From positions 1,450-65,449 of the forward strand of contig JAYTUU010000052.1 of assembly GCA_043744375.1 (NCBI GenBank): a stretch of 64,000 nt of DNA, in the 5' to 3' direction. Numbering within the stretch: the stretch's first letter is position 1; the number at the start of each line of letters is the position of its first letter. The notes under the pieces were generated by a model that worked only from the letters and a program-made list of their open reading frames with translations, had not been told where the DNA came from and searched no databases. Positions 1 through 9,755 of this stretch are shown one piece after another. The translations under genes were made by a program, and so were the position numbers. Origin of the DNA: Rhodospirillales bacterium (GTDB taxonomy: Bacteria; Pseudomonadota; Alphaproteobacteria; Acetobacterales; Acetobacteraceae).

Positions 1-761
1 ACCTGGTGGACGGCCTCGATCATGCGGGCGGCGCCGAGCAGGGCGTCGCGGCGCAGGCGCATCGGGGTGGCGCCGGCGTGGCCTTCGCTGCCGGTCACCG
101 TTACCTCGTACCAGCGCATGCCCTGGACGCCGGTGACGACACCGATGGTGGTGGCGGTGTCTTCGAGGATCGGCCCCTGTTCTATGTGCAATTCAAAATG
201 GGCGCCGAGCGTGCGGCCGCCGCAGGGGGCGGTGCCGCGGTAGCCGATGCGGTCCAGCTCGGCACCGAATTCCTTGCCGTCCCGGTCCGTTCTGGCGTAG
301 GCCCAGTCGGTCGTGAAGGCGCCGGCAAAGACGCCGGAGGAGAGCATGGCCGGCGTGAAGCGGGAGCCTTCCTCGTTGCTCCAGTTGATCACCTCGATGG
401 CGGCATGGGTTGCCACGCCGCGATCGTTCAGCGTTCTGATCACTTCGAGGCCGGCGAGCACGCCGATGACGCCGTCATACTTGCCGCCGGTCGGCTGCGT
501 ATCGAGATGGCTGCCGATGGCGATCGGGGGCAAAGCAGGGTTGGTGCCGGGGCGCCGCGCGAACATATTGCCCATCGCGTCGATGCTGACGGCGCAGCCG
601 GCCGCGGTGCAGGCGGCGGCGAACCAGTCGCGCACCTCGCGGTCGAGATCGGTCAAAGTGAGGCGGTTGATGCCGCCCTTGGCCGTCGCGCCGATGCGCG
701 CGGTTTGCATGATCGTGGCCCACAGGCGATCGCCGTCGATGGTGAGGTTTGCAGTCGGCAT
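1..761 (-). CDS. M20-family Zn amidohydrolase (N-carbamoyl-amino-acid / beta-ureidopropionase / allantoate amidohydrolase type); N-terminal part only, continues off the left edge
   Basis: Absent from the ORF track because it has no stop in the window. My minus-strand translation from ATG 761-759 gives MPTANLTIDGDRLWATIMQTARIGATAKGGINRLTLTDLDREVRDWF...AIGSHLDTQPTGGKYDGVIGV...INWSNEEGSRF...HFELHIEQGPILE. Its start overlaps the preA stop (TGATG). The + ORF 6..917 is its antisense shadow. Confidence 0.8.
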   Translation of the reverse strand, partial: MPTANLTIDGDRLWATIMQTARIGATAKGGINRLTLTDLDREVRDWFAAACTAAGCAVSIDAMGNMFARRPGTNPALPPIAIGSHLDTQPTGGKYDGVIGVLAGLEVIRTLNDRGVATHAAIEVINWSNEEGSRFTPAMLSSGVFAGAFTTDWAYARTDRDGKEFGAELDRIGYRGTAPCGGRTLGAHFELHIEQGPILEDTATTIGVVTGVQGMRWYEVTVTGSEGHAGATPMRLRRDALLGAARMIEAVHQ

Positions 762-2029
762 CACATAGTTTCCGTGCGCAGGGGGTTGTTGGGATGCTGG
801 CCCCAGGTGATCCGTTCGGTGCCGTCATCGACACGGACCATGGTGATGCAGCCGGTCACGGGGCAGGCGAGGGCGCAGAGGTTGCAGCCGACGCACGCGG
901 CATCGATGACCTCGTAGCGCCGTATGCCGCCCGCGCGCAGGGCGGCGATGGCCTGGTGCGACGTGTCCTCGCAGCCGATATGGCAGAGGCCGCATTTGAT
1001 GCAGAGGTCCTGGTCGATGCGGGCGACGGTCTTGTAGGCGAGGTTGAGGTCGCCCCAATGGACGTAGTTGCGGGTGGCGCGGCCCTGGAAATCGCCGATC
1101 GTGCGATAGTGTTTCGAATCCATCCAGTTCGAGAGGCCGTCGATCATGTCTTCGACGATCTTGAAACCGTGATGCATCGCGGCGGTGCAGACCTGGACGT
1201 TGCCGGCGCCGAGGGCGATGAATTCGGCCGCGTCGCGCCAGGTGGATATGCCGCCGATGCCGGAGATGGCAAGGCCGGGAAAATCGCGCGCGAGGTCGGC
1301 GACCATGCGCAGCGCGATCGGTTTGACCGCGGGGCCGCAATAGCCGCCATGGGTGCCCTGGCCGTCCACTACGGGCTCCGGCGCCATCAGGTCGAGATCG
1401 ACCCCGGTGATCGACATGACCGTGTTGATCAGCGAGACGGCATCCGCCCCGCCACGCATCGCGGCTTCGGCGGGGGCGTTGATGTTGGTGATGTTGGGCG
1501 TGAGTTTGACGATCACGGGCATGCGCGTGTGGCTCTTGCACCAGCGCGTGACCATTTCGACGTAGCCCGGAACCTGGCCGACGGCGGCGCCCATGTTGCG
1601 TTCGGACATGCCGTGCGGGCAGCCGAAATTCAGTTCGACTCCGTCGCATCCGGTGGCTTCCACACGCGCGAGGATGGCCTGCCAACTCGGCTCCGTGCAG
1701 GGCACCATCAGGCTGACCACGAGCGCGCGGTCGGGCCAGTCGCGCTTGACCTGTTTGATCTCGTCGAGATTGATTTGCAGCGGACGGTCGGTGATCAGTT
1801 CGATGTTGTTGAAGCCGGCCATGCGGTTGCCGAGATGGGAAACTCCGCCATAGCGGCTGGAAACATTGACGATCGGCGGGTCCTCGCCGAGGGTTTTCCA
1901 GACTGCCCCGCCCCAGCCGGCGCGGAAGGCGCGCACGACGTTCAGCGCCTTGTCCGTGGGTGGCGCGGAGGCCAGCCAGAACGGATTGGGCGAGGCGATG
2001 CCGGCGAAGCGGCTGCGCAGATCGGCCAT
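761..2029 (-). CDS. preA: NAD-dependent dihydropyrimidine dehydrogenase subunit PreA (DHODH-like barrel plus 2x 4Fe-4S)
   Basis: MADLRSRFAGIASPNPFWLASAPPT..., C-terminal ferredoxin motifs CIKCGLCHIGC and CVGCNLCALACP. ATG 2029 is preceded by GGGAGGAAAG. The first 61 codons of the 483-aa track ORF are Pro/Arg-rich junk. Confidence 0.9.
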   Translation of the reverse strand: MADLRSRFAGIASPNPFWLASAPPTDKALNVVRAFRAGWGGAVWKTLGEDPPIVNVSSRYGGVSHLGNRMAGFNNIELITDRPLQINLDEIKQVKRDWPDRALVVSLMVPCTEPSWQAILARVEATGCDGVELNFGCPHGMSERNMGAAVGQVPGYVEMVTRWCKSHTRMPVIVKLTPNITNINAPAEAAMRGGADAVSLINTVMSITGVDLDLMAPEPVVDGQGTHGGYCGPAVKPIALRMVADLARDFPGLAISGIGGISTWRDAAEFIALGAGNVQVCTAAMHHGFKIVEDMIDGLSNWMDSKHYRTIGDFQGRATRNYVHWGDLNLAYKTVARIDQDLCIKCGLCHIGCEDTSHQAIAALRAGGIRRYEVIDAACVGCNLCALACPVTGCITMVRVDDGTERITWGQHPNNPLRTETM

Positions 2030-2042
2030 TCTTTCCTCCCTC

Positions 2043-3344
2043 TCAGCCGGCCAGCAGGCGATGGATGGAGGCGGCGGCGGCCTTGCCGTCGGCGACGGCG
2101 GTGACGGTGAGGTCCGCCCCGGCCACGCAATCGCCGCCGGCCCAAACGCGGGGCAGCGAGGTGCGGCCCTCGGAGTCGATCGCGATGCGGCCATTGGCGA
2201 GTGCCAGGGCATCGTCGAGCGGATCGCCCAGCAGGGTTTGGCCGATGGCGGTCAGGACCATGTCGGCGGGCAGGGTGAAGCGCGTGCTGTCCTGGCGGGT
2301 GAATTCGACGGCGGTGACGGCGCCGCCGGCCGCGTGCAGGCGCAGCGGTGTCGCGTCGTGCAGGATGCGCACGCCGTGGGTCTGGGCCCAGGCCTGCTCG
2401 TTCGGCGTGGCGCTCATGCGCGCCGGGGCGCCGCGATAGACGAGGGCGACGTCCTGCGCGCCGAGCAGGCGGGCCTGTGTCGCGGCGTCGATCGCGGTGT
2501 TGCCGCCGCCGATGACGACGACGCGGCGGCCGACTTGCATCGCGGACTTGTCGGACTGGCGCAGCGAGGCAATGAAATCGACCGCCGCGTGGACGCCGCG
2601 CAACTCCGGACCGTTGAGGCCGAGGGCACGAACGCCGGCGAGGCCGATGGCGAGGAATACGGCGTCGAAATCGCGCAATAAATCGGGCAGGGTGAAATCG
2701 CGGCCGAGGGCTTCATCCGTGACGATCTCGATGCCGCCGATGGCGAGCACGAAATCAATCTCGCGCTGGGCGAAATCCTCCGTGAGCTTGTAGGCGGCGA
2801 TGCCGTATTCGTTGAGACCGCCCGGCTTGTCCGCCGCCTCGAAAATCGTGACGTCATGCCCGTGCCGCGCCAGTCCATGCGCACAGGCGAGCCCGGCGGG
2901 GCCGGCGCCGACGATGGCGACGCGCCTGCCAGTGGACGCCGCGCGGCTATGCGGATGAATGCCGCGCTCCATCAACCAGTCCGTCGCGTGGCGCTGCAGG
3001 GCGCCGATGCGGATCGGCTGGCCCTCCTGCGCGGTGCGGACACAGGCACGCTCGCAGAGGATCTCGGTCGGGCAGACACGGGCGCAACTACCGCCGAGGA
3101 TGTTGGCGTCCAGGATGGTCTGCGCGGCACCACGCAGATTGCCGGTGGCAATGCGGCCGATGAAGCCGGGAACATCGATGCCGGTTGGGCAGGCCTCGAT
3201 GCACGGGGCATCATGGCAGAAATAACAGCGCTCGGCCGCGACCACGGCCTGCGCGGAAGTCAGCGGCGGATGCGCGTCAGCGAAGTTGTGCGCCAACTCA
3301 GCCGCAGTGAGCCGGCCGGCGACGATGTCTGCAACCTCGTCCAC
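2043..3344 (-). CDS. preT: Dihydropyrimidine dehydrogenase subunit PreT (glutamate synthase small-subunit-like NAD(P) oxidoreductase)
   Basis: [45 protein letters not shown] and VVIGGGNTAID motifs. Start uncertain: I propose GTG 3344 (VDEVADIV...). The track start TTG 3449 lies inside the palindromic repeat at 3435-3593. Confidence 0.8.
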   Translation of the reverse strand: MDEVADIVAGRLTAAELAHNFADAHPPLTSAQAVVAAERCYFCHDAPCIEACPTGIDVPGFIGRIATGNLRGAAQTILDANILGGSCARVCPTEILCERACVRTAQEGQPIRIGALQRHATDWLMERGIHPHSRAASTGRRVAIVGAGPAGLACAHGLARHGHDVTIFEAADKPGGLNEYGIAAYKLTEDFAQREIDFVLAIGGIEIVTDEALGRDFTLPDLLRDFDAVFLAIGLAGVRALGLNGPELRGVHAAVDFIASLRQSDKSAMQVGRRVVVIGGGNTAIDAATQARLLGAQDVALVYRGAPARMSATPNEQAWAQTHGVRILHDATPLRLHAAGGAVTAVEFTRQDSTRFTLPADMVLTAIGQTLLGDPLDDALALANGRIAIDSEGRTSLPRVWAGGDCVAGADLTVTAVADGKAAAASIHRLLAG

Positions 3345-3434
3345 TCCAGTGCCCCTCGGTTCCTCGTGCGAAGATAACGTCGGGTGAATGAGTGGCGTCA
3401 ACAACTGATGCAGCGATGAGGGGGAAGCAATCAA

Positions 3435-3593
3435 GGCTCCGCCGGCCAAAGGCCGAGGGCCTTTGGAAACCCGATACTTTTCTTGGCTGCGTCAGCAGCC
3501 TTTGAACGATAGTCGAATTTGACTAAAGGCTGCTCGCGCAGCCAAGAAAAGTAATGGGATCAAAGGGTCCCTGACCCTTTGTGGAGGCGAGGC
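3435..3593. repeat. MITE-like nested-palindrome element, copy 1 (termini homologous to 36998..37248)
   Basis: Left arm GGCTCCGCCGGCCAAAGGCCGAGGGCCTTTGGAAACCCGATACTTTTCTTGGCTGCGTCAGCAGCCTTTGAAC pairs with right arm GACTAAAGGCTGCTCGCGCAGCCAAGAAAAGTAATGGGATCAAAGGGTCCCTGACCCTTTGTGGAGGC. No credible ORF. Confidence 0.75.
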
Positions 3594-3826
3594 AAAGCCC
3601 TGGCCTTCCTTATGCTGGCGCATATGCGGGCACGCCCCTTTGATCCCCCGATTGCCCTGGCCTTGCCTTCCCGCCCGCTTTGCGCCATATGCGCCCCGTC
3701 GGTGGCGCGGTGCTGCCGATAATTCACACGCGGGGCGCCTTTCCGATCCCATCATGGGGTCTGGATCCGGTGCCGCAGGGCGAGGCCCCGCGGAGGTTCA
3801 ACCGGATACTGGAAGGGAGCACGCTC

Positions 3827-4609
3827 ATGGCGATGCCCGATTTCACTTTGCGTCAACTGCTCGAGGCCGGCGTTCATTTCGGCCACCACACGCGGCGCTG
3901 GAACCCGCGCATGGCGCCGTATCTGTTCGGCGTGCGCAACCAGGTCCACATCATCGACCTGCAGCAGACCGTGCCGATGCTCGATCGTGCGCTGCGTGCG
4001 GTGCGCGATGTGACGGCGGCGGGCGGGCGTGTGCTGTTCGTCGGCACCAAGCGCGCGGCGGCCGATTATGTGGCCGACTCGGCCAAGCGTTGTGGGCAGT
4101 ACTATGTGAACCATCGCTGGCTCGGCGGCATGCTGACGAACTGGAAGACCATCACCGGCTCGATCAAGCGCCTGCGCCAGATCGACGATATGCTGGCGGG
4201 CGACACCCAGGGCTTGACCAAGAAAGAGGTGCTCGACATCACCCGCGACCGCGAGAAGCTGGAGCGCGCGCTGGGCGGCATCAAGGAGATGGGCGGCTTG
4301 CCGGACATCCTGTTCATTATCGACACGAACAAGGAGAAGCTCGCCGTCGAGGAGGCCAACAAGCTCGGCATTCCCGTCATCGCCGTGCTCGACAGCAACT
4401 CCGATCCGGCCGGCGTCACCTACCCGATCCCCGGCAATGACGACGCGATCCGCGCCATCACCCTGTATTGCGACCTGATCGCCGGTTCCGTGCTCGACGG
4501 CATCAGCGCCGAAATGATGGCCTCGGGCCGTGACATCGGTGCTTCCGAGGAGCTGCCGCCGACCGAGCTGCTCACCGGAATTGCCGCCGCCGAACCGGCG
4601 GCCGATTGA
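3827..4609 (+). CDS. rpsB: 30S ribosomal protein S2
   Basis: [29 protein letters not shown]...; ATG 3827 preceded by GGAAGGGAG. The track ORF starts 49 codons too early. Confidence 0.97.
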   Translation: MAMPDFTLRQLLEAGVHFGHHTRRWNPRMAPYLFGVRNQVHIIDLQQTVPMLDRALRAVRDVTAAGGRVLFVGTKRAAADYVADSAKRCGQYYVNHRWLGGMLTNWKTITGSIKRLRQIDDMLAGDTQGLTKKEVLDITRDREKLERALGGIKEMGGLPDILFIIDTNKEKLAVEEANKLGIPVIAVLDSNSDPAGVTYPIPGNDDAIRAITLYCDLIAGSVLDGISAEMMASGRDIGASEELPPTELLTGIAAAEPAAD

Positions 4610-4634
4610 ACGAAGCTGAGTTAGGAGAATTTCC

Positions 4635-5555
4635 ATGGCGGAAATCACAGCCGCACTCGTGAAGGATCTGCGCGAGCGGACCGGCGCGGGCATGATGGAC
4701 TGCAAGAAGGCGCTGGTCGAGAACGACGCGAATATCGAGGCGGCGATCGACTGGCTGCGCAAGAAGGGCCTGTCGGCGGCGGCCAAGAAGTCTGGCCGTG
4801 TCGCGGCCGACGGGTTGATCGGCATCGCCAGCGCCGCCGGGCGCGCGGCGATGGTCGAGGTCAACGCCGAGACCGATTTCGTTGGCCGCAACGAGGCGTT
4901 CCAGGCGTTCGTGCATGAGGTGGCCAAGGTGGCGCTCGCGGTCGGCGACGATCTCGCCGCCATCAACGCCTCGGCCTATCCGGGCACTGGGCGGACTGTG
5001 GCCGAGGAGCTGGTTCAGCTTGTCGCCACCATCGGCGAGAACATGAACATCCGCCGGGCCTGCGTGCTGTCCGTGCCGCAGGGCGCGGTGGCGAGCTATG
5101 TCCACCAGGCGCTCAAGCCCGGCCTGGGCAAGATCGGCGTGCTCGTGGCCGTCGAAGGCGCCAGTGAGATTGCGGCGCTGGAAACCCTGGGCAAGCAGGT
5201 CGGCATGCATGTTGCCGCGACCCGCCCGGAGGCGCTGGACACCGACTCGGTGGATCCCGCGGCGCTGGAGCGTGAACGGATCGTGCTGTCCGAGCAGGCT
5301 CGTGCGTCAGGCAAGCCCGAGGCGATCATCGAGAAGATGGTCGAGGGCCGCATCCGGAAGTACTACGAGGAAGTGGTGCTGCTGGAGCAGGTCTGGGTGC
5401 ACGACGGCGAGAGCCGGGTGCGCGCGGTGGTGAAGAAGGCCGGCGCCAAACTGGGCGGGTTTGCCCGTTTCCATCTCGGCGAGGGCATCGAGAAGGCTGC
5501 CGGCGATTTCGCGGCCGAAGTGGCCGCCGTCGCGGGCGTCCAGAAGCCCGCATAG
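4635..5555 (+). CDS. tsf: Translation elongation factor Ts
   Basis: [45 protein letters not shown]; canonical position after rpsB. Confidence 0.97.
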   Translation: MAEITAALVKDLRERTGAGMMDCKKALVENDANIEAAIDWLRKKGLSAAAKKSGRVAADGLIGIASAAGRAAMVEVNAETDFVGRNEAFQAFVHEVAKVALAVGDDLAAINASAYPGTGRTVAEELVQLVATIGENMNIRRACVLSVPQGAVASYVHQALKPGLGKIGVLVAVEGASEIAALETLGKQVGMHVAATRPEALDTDSVDPAALERERIVLSEQARASGKPEAIIEKMVEGRIRKYYEEVVLLEQVWVHDGESRVRAVVKKAGAKLGGFARFHLGEGIEKAAGDFAAEVAAVAGVQKPA

Positions 5556-5599
5556 TCCTGGCCGAAGCCTGTCTAGCCCTGATCGGGCGCTCTCTTGTT

Positions 5600-5636
5600 C
5601 AGGGCGGGCGGGACCTGTACGGTGCCGCCCGCCCTG
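5600..5636 (+). terminator. GC-rich hairpin downstream of tsf (possible intrinsic terminator)
   Basis: CAGGGCGGGCGG / CCGCCCGCCCTG stem around a 13-nt loop, followed by CCTTTGTCTG (weak T tract). Confidence 0.5.
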
Positions 5637-5665
5637 CCTTTGTCTGCACCACCCAGTTGCGGGAT

Positions 5666-6388
5666 ATGATGAGCACGACCTATCAACGCGTTCTGCTGAA
5701 AGTCTCGGGCGAGGCCCTGATGGGCAAGCGCGAATTCGGCCTCGACACCGATACGGTGCGCGCGATCGCCGCCGATATTGGCGATGTCGTCAATCTCGGC
5801 GTGCAGGTCAGCCTGGTCATCGGCGGCGGCAACATCTTCCGTGGCATCCAGGGCGCGGCGAGCGGCATGGATCGGGCTCAGGCCGATTACATGGGTATGC
5901 TAGCCACCGTGATGAATGCGCTGGGCATGCAGGCGGCGCTGGAAAAACTCGGCGTGGCGACTCGGGTGCAATCGGCCATCCCCATGGCCAGCGTATGCGA
6001 GCCGTATATCCGCCGTCGTGCCATCCGCCACATGGAAAAGGGCCGCGTGGTGATCTTCGCCGCCGGCACTGGCAACCCGTTCTTCACCACCGATACGGCT
6101 GCGGCATTGCGTGCCGCGGAGATGGGTTGCGATGCGCTGCTCAAGGGCACCCAGGTCGATGGCGTCTATTCGGCGGATCCGCGTAAGCAGCCGGATGCCG
6201 AGCGCTATGAGCGATTGTCGTATCTGGACGTGTTGTCGCGCGACCTTACAGTGATGGACGCCTCGGCCATTAGTCTGGCGCGCGAGAACAAGCTGCCGAT
6301 TATCGTGTTCAATATCCGTGCACCCGGCGCATTCGCCCAGGTGATGCGCGGCGAAGGTAAATTCACCACGATCGTCGAGCCCAAGTGA
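5666..6388 (+). CDS. pyrH: UMP kinase
   Basis: [33 protein letters not shown] motifs. Start is ATG 5666 or 5669 (track ORF begins at TTG 5657). Confidence 0.95.
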   Translation: MMSTTYQRVLLKVSGEALMGKREFGLDTDTVRAIAADIGDVVNLGVQVSLVIGGGNIFRGIQGAASGMDRAQADYMGMLATVMNALGMQAALEKLGVATRVQSAIPMASVCEPYIRRRAIRHMEKGRVVIFAAGTGNPFFTTDTAAALRAAEMGCDALLKGTQVDGVYSADPRKQPDAERYERLSYLDVLSRDLTVMDASAISLARENKLPIIVFNIRAPGAFAQVMRGEGKFTTIVEPK

Positions 6389-6422
6389 AGGCTCGGCTTC
6401 GTCCGGGAGAGGGAGGGCAGCC

Positions 6423-6989
6423 ATGGCGGCCGATCTGAACGCACTGAAAACGGACCTAACGCGCCGCATGGATGGCGCGCTGGAAATGCTGCGCCGCGAC
6501 TTCTCGGGCCTGCGGACGGGCCGCGCCAGCCCCGCTCTGCTGGAGCCCGTGCGCGTCGAGGCCTATGGCAGCGAGGTGCCGCTGGCCCAGGTTGGCACCA
6601 TTGCCGTACCGGAGGCGCGCCTGCTCACCGTGCAGGTGTGGGACCGCTCGCTGGTCAATAATGTCGTCAAGGCGATCCGCGATTGCGGCCTCGGGCTCAA
6701 CCCGGCCGGCGACGGTCAACTGGTTCGCGTGCCCATTCCGCAATTGACCGGTGAGCGTCGGCAGGAGCTGTCGAAGGCGGCGCATCGCTATGCCGAGGGC
6801 AGCAAGGTCGCGGTGCGTGGTGTCCGGCGCGACGGGATGGAGCAGACCAAGGTGCTGGAAAAGAAGCACGAGATCGGCCAGGACGACGAGAAGCGCTGGG
6901 CCGATGAGATCCAGAAACTGACCGACCAGTATATCAAACGCATCGATGAAGTCCTTGTCGACAAGGACAGGGAAATCAAGCAGGTCTGA
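6423..6989 (+). CDS. frr: Ribosome recycling factor
   Basis: LRTGRASPALLEPVRVEAYGSEVPLAQVGTIAVPEARLLTVQVWD; 188 aa; conserved position. Confidence 0.97.
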   Translation: MAADLNALKTDLTRRMDGALEMLRRDFSGLRTGRASPALLEPVRVEAYGSEVPLAQVGTIAVPEARLLTVQVWDRSLVNNVVKAIRDCGLGLNPAGDGQLVRVPIPQLTGERRQELSKAAHRYAEGSKVAVRGVRRDGMEQTKVLEKKHEIGQDDEKRWADEIQKLTDQYIKRIDEVLVDKDREIKQV

Positions 6990-6998
6990 GTGAACCCC

Positions 6999-7775
6999 AT
7001 GGCGGCAAGCGACGCGCAGGCCAAGACGAAGGTGCCCGGAACGGCGCCGGTGGGGGGCGTTCCAGCTCTGCCCGCACCGCCGACCCATGTCGCCATCATC
7101 ATGGACGGCAATGGCCGATGGGCTGCCGCCAAGGGTCTGCCACGTGTCGCCGGGCATCGCGCGGGGGTTCAAGCGGTCCGCCGCACCATCGAGACGGCGA
7201 CCTCGCTCGGCGTCTCATGGCTTACCCTCTACGCGTTCAGCAGCGAGAACTGGCGCCGCCCGCTCAGCGAGGTGATGGACCTCACCGGGCTGCTGCGTCA
7301 CTTCCTGCGCAGCGAGATCGCCGAGTTGAAGGCCGAGGGCGTCCGCCTGCATTTCATCGGCGACCGCGCCCGCTTCGAGGGCGACATCCAGTTCGACCTC
7401 GGCGCCGCCGAGCGCGACACCGCCGCCAACACGCGGCTGAACCTGGTGATCGCGCTGTCCTATGGCGCGCGTGCCGAGATCGCCGCCGCTGCCCGTGCCG
7501 CCGCCGAGGCCGTGCGCGCCGGCACGCTCGATCCGGCCGACATCACTGAGGCCAGTTTTGCCGCGTTCCTTTCCACTGCCGGCATCCCCGACCCTGATCT
7601 GATCATTCGCACCTCGGGCGAGCAGCGGCTGTCCAATTTCCTGCTTTGGCAGAGCGCCTATGCCGAACTGGTGTTTCTCGACGTGCTCTGGCCCGATTTC
7701 GGCCCGGCGCAGTTTGCGGAAGCGCTGGCGGAATTTGCGCGGCGCGAGCGCCGCTTCGGTGCCCGCCCTGGCTGA
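6999..7775 (+). CDS. uppS: Ditrans,polycis-undecaprenyl-diphosphate synthase
   Basis: [13 protein letters not shown] and [24 protein letters not shown] motifs. GTG 6990 is an alternative start. Confidence 0.93.
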   Translation: MAASDAQAKTKVPGTAPVGGVPALPAPPTHVAIIMDGNGRWAAAKGLPRVAGHRAGVQAVRRTIETATSLGVSWLTLYAFSSENWRRPLSEVMDLTGLLRHFLRSEIAELKAEGVRLHFIGDRARFEGDIQFDLGAAERDTAANTRLNLVIALSYGARAEIAAAARAAAEAVRAGTLDPADITEASFAAFLSTAGIPDPDLIIRTSGEQRLSNFLLWQSAYAELVFLDVLWPDFGPAQFAEALAEFARRERRFGARPG

Positions 7776-8475
7776 CCCCACCACGCAGCCGCGGCACGTC
7801 ATCGTGCCCCCTGATGGCGGGAAATGGCGCGATCTCGGCGTGCGCGTGGCCTCGGCCGCCGTGCTGCTGCCTGTGGCCCTCGGGAGCCTGTGGGCGGGCG
7901 GTTGGTACTGGACCGCGCTGGTTCTGGTCGGTGCGGCCGGCATGGCGCTGGAATGGCGCGCTTTGTGCAGGCACCGCCCCGCCCCGCTTCAGCCGCTGCT
8001 CGGCGCCGTCTATATTCTGCCGGCAGTCATTGCCCTGCTCTGGCTGCGCGATGACCCGGCGGGCGGTGCCGTGCGCGTGCTGTTCATCCTCTGCGTCGTC
8101 TGGTCCAGCGATATCGGCGCCTATATGACCGGACGGCTGCTCGGTGGCGCAAAACTTGCCCCGACCATTTCGCCCGGGAAGACCTGGTCGGGCGTGGCCG
8201 GCGGACTTGCCGCGGCAATCGCTGTTGGCTTCATCTTTGCGCGGCTCAACGACGGCTCGCCAGGCAGCGCGATGGCCATTGCGGCCCTGCTCGGCGTCGT
8301 CGCACAGGCTGGCGATCTGTTTGAGTCCGGCCTCAAGCGGTATTTCGACGTGAAGGATTCTGGCAATTCGATCCCCGGCCATGGCGGCCTGCTTGATCGT
8401 CTGGACGCGGTTCTGACGGCGGCTCCGGTCGCCGCTGCCCTTCTTCTGTTGCGTGGCGTGGAGCTTTGGCGATGA
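7759..8475 (+). CDS. cdsA: Phosphatidate cytidylyltransferase
   Basis: [29 protein letters not shown] and [17 protein letters not shown] motifs; multi-TM. Start uncertain: GTG 7759 overlaps the uppS end; the track ORF start at 7660 lies inside uppS. Confidence 0.85.
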   Translation: MPALADPTTQPRHVIVPPDGGKWRDLGVRVASAAVLLPVALGSLWAGGWYWTALVLVGAAGMALEWRALCRHRPAPLQPLLGAVYILPAVIALLWLRDDPAGGAVRVLFILCVVWSSDIGAYMTGRLLGGAKLAPTISPGKTWSGVAGGLAAAIAVGFIFARLNDGSPGSAMAIAALLGVVAQAGDLFESGLKRYFDVKDSGNSIPGHGGLLDRLDAVLTAAPVAAALLLLRGVELWR

Positions 8476-9644
8476 GCGCGAAAACGGTCACCGTGCTCGG
8501 CAGCACCGGCAGTGTGGGCACCCAGACGGTCGAACTTCTCGCCGCCGACCCGCAGCGATTTCGCGTCCGTGCATTGGTTGGCGGCCGGCAGGCGGGGCTG
8601 CTCGCGGCCCAGGCGCGCGCGCTTGGGGCCGAGTGGGCGGTCATCAGCGACGAGGCGGCCTTCGCCGAACTGCAAGCCGCCCTCGCCGGCTCCGGGGTGC
8701 GCTGCGCCGCCGGGCGGGAGGCGGTGATCGCCGCCGCGGCTTTGCCGGCCGATTGGACCATGGCCGCCATCACCGGAGCGGCCGGGCTGGAGCCGACGCT
8801 GGCCGCCATTCGCGGCGGCGGCGCGGTTGCCTTGGCCAACAAGGAGGCGCTGGTCTGCGCCGGCGCGGTCATGCTGCGGGCCGTGCGCGATCACGGCGCC
8901 ACGCTATTGCCGGTTGATTCCGAGCACAACGCCATCTTCCAATCAATGGCCGACGGCAATCGCGGTGCGATCGAGAAGATCATCTTGACCGCCTCGGGCG
9001 GCCCGTTCCGCACGTCGAGCATGGCTGAAATGCGCTCCGCTCGCCCGGAAGCCGCGCTGAAACATCCGGTCTGGTCGATGGGGGCGAAGATCTCGATCGA
9101 CAGCGCGACGATGATGAACAAGGGCCTCGAACTGATCGAGGCGGCGCGGCTGTTCGACCTGTCGGAGAGCGCCATCGGTGTGTTGATCCACCCGCAATCC
9201 GTTATTCACGGCCTCGTCTACTACCATGACGGCAGCGTGTTGGCGCAGCTTGGCTCGCCCGACATGCGAGTGCCGATCGCCCATACCCTCGCCTGGCCGG
9301 CGCGCATGGCCACGCCGGCGCCGCGGCTCGACCTTGCGGCCGTCGCCCGGCTCGAATTCGCCGAACCCGATCCGGTGCAGTTCCCTGCCCTCGGCCTCGC
9401 CCGCGCCGCTCTCGTGGCAGGTGGCGGGGCGCCCGCGATCCTGAGCGCAGCCAACGAAATCGCCGTTGCCGCCTTCCTCGATCGCCGCATCGGCTTCCTC
9501 GACATCGTCGATATCGGCGCCCGCGTGCTCGACGCCCTCGGGGCGCCGCCCGCCGAGTCCCTCGATGCCGTGCTCGGTCTCGACGCTGCGGCCCGGGAGG
9601 CTGCCAGCCGTCTCTGTGCCCTGTGCGCCCGCCCCGCCGCCTGA
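8472..9644 (+). CDS. dxr: 1-deoxy-D-xylulose 5-phosphate reductoisomerase
   Basis: VTVLGSTGSVGTQT, LANKEALV, DSEHNAIFQ motifs; ATG 8472 overlaps the cdsA stop (ATGA). Confidence 0.95.
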   Translation: MSAKTVTVLGSTGSVGTQTVELLAADPQRFRVRALVGGRQAGLLAAQARALGAEWAVISDEAAFAELQAALAGSGVRCAAGREAVIAAAALPADWTMAAITGAAGLEPTLAAIRGGGAVALANKEALVCAGAVMLRAVRDHGATLLPVDSEHNAIFQSMADGNRGAIEKIILTASGGPFRTSSMAEMRSARPEAALKHPVWSMGAKISIDSATMMNKGLELIEAARLFDLSESAIGVLIHPQSVIHGLVYYHDGSVLAQLGSPDMRVPIAHTLAWPARMATPAPRLDLAAVARLEFAEPDPVQFPALGLARAALVAGGGAPAILSAANEIAVAAFLDRRIGFLDIVDIGARVLDALGAPPAESLDAVLGLDAAAREAASRLCALCARPAA

Positions 9645-9755
9645 GAGAAATCGTGCAAACTCTAGAGGTTTCACGAAATTAAGTTTACCCCCACCGCGCG
9701 GTTGCAGTAGGGTCGTTTAAATTACTTCTAAATACGCAAACCGTCTCATGGTTTG

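Noticed and set aside
6-917. 303-aa + strand ORF at the left edge
   Set aside because: Gly/Ala/Arg-rich, antisense-type composition. The minus strand over the same span translates into a clear M20 amidohydrolase whose start is coupled to the preA stop.
2043-3449. Full-length 468-aa preT ORF starting at TTG 3449
   Set aside because: The first ~35 codons are not PreT-like and the start codon lies inside the palindromic repeat element. GTG 3344 is preferred but remains unverified.
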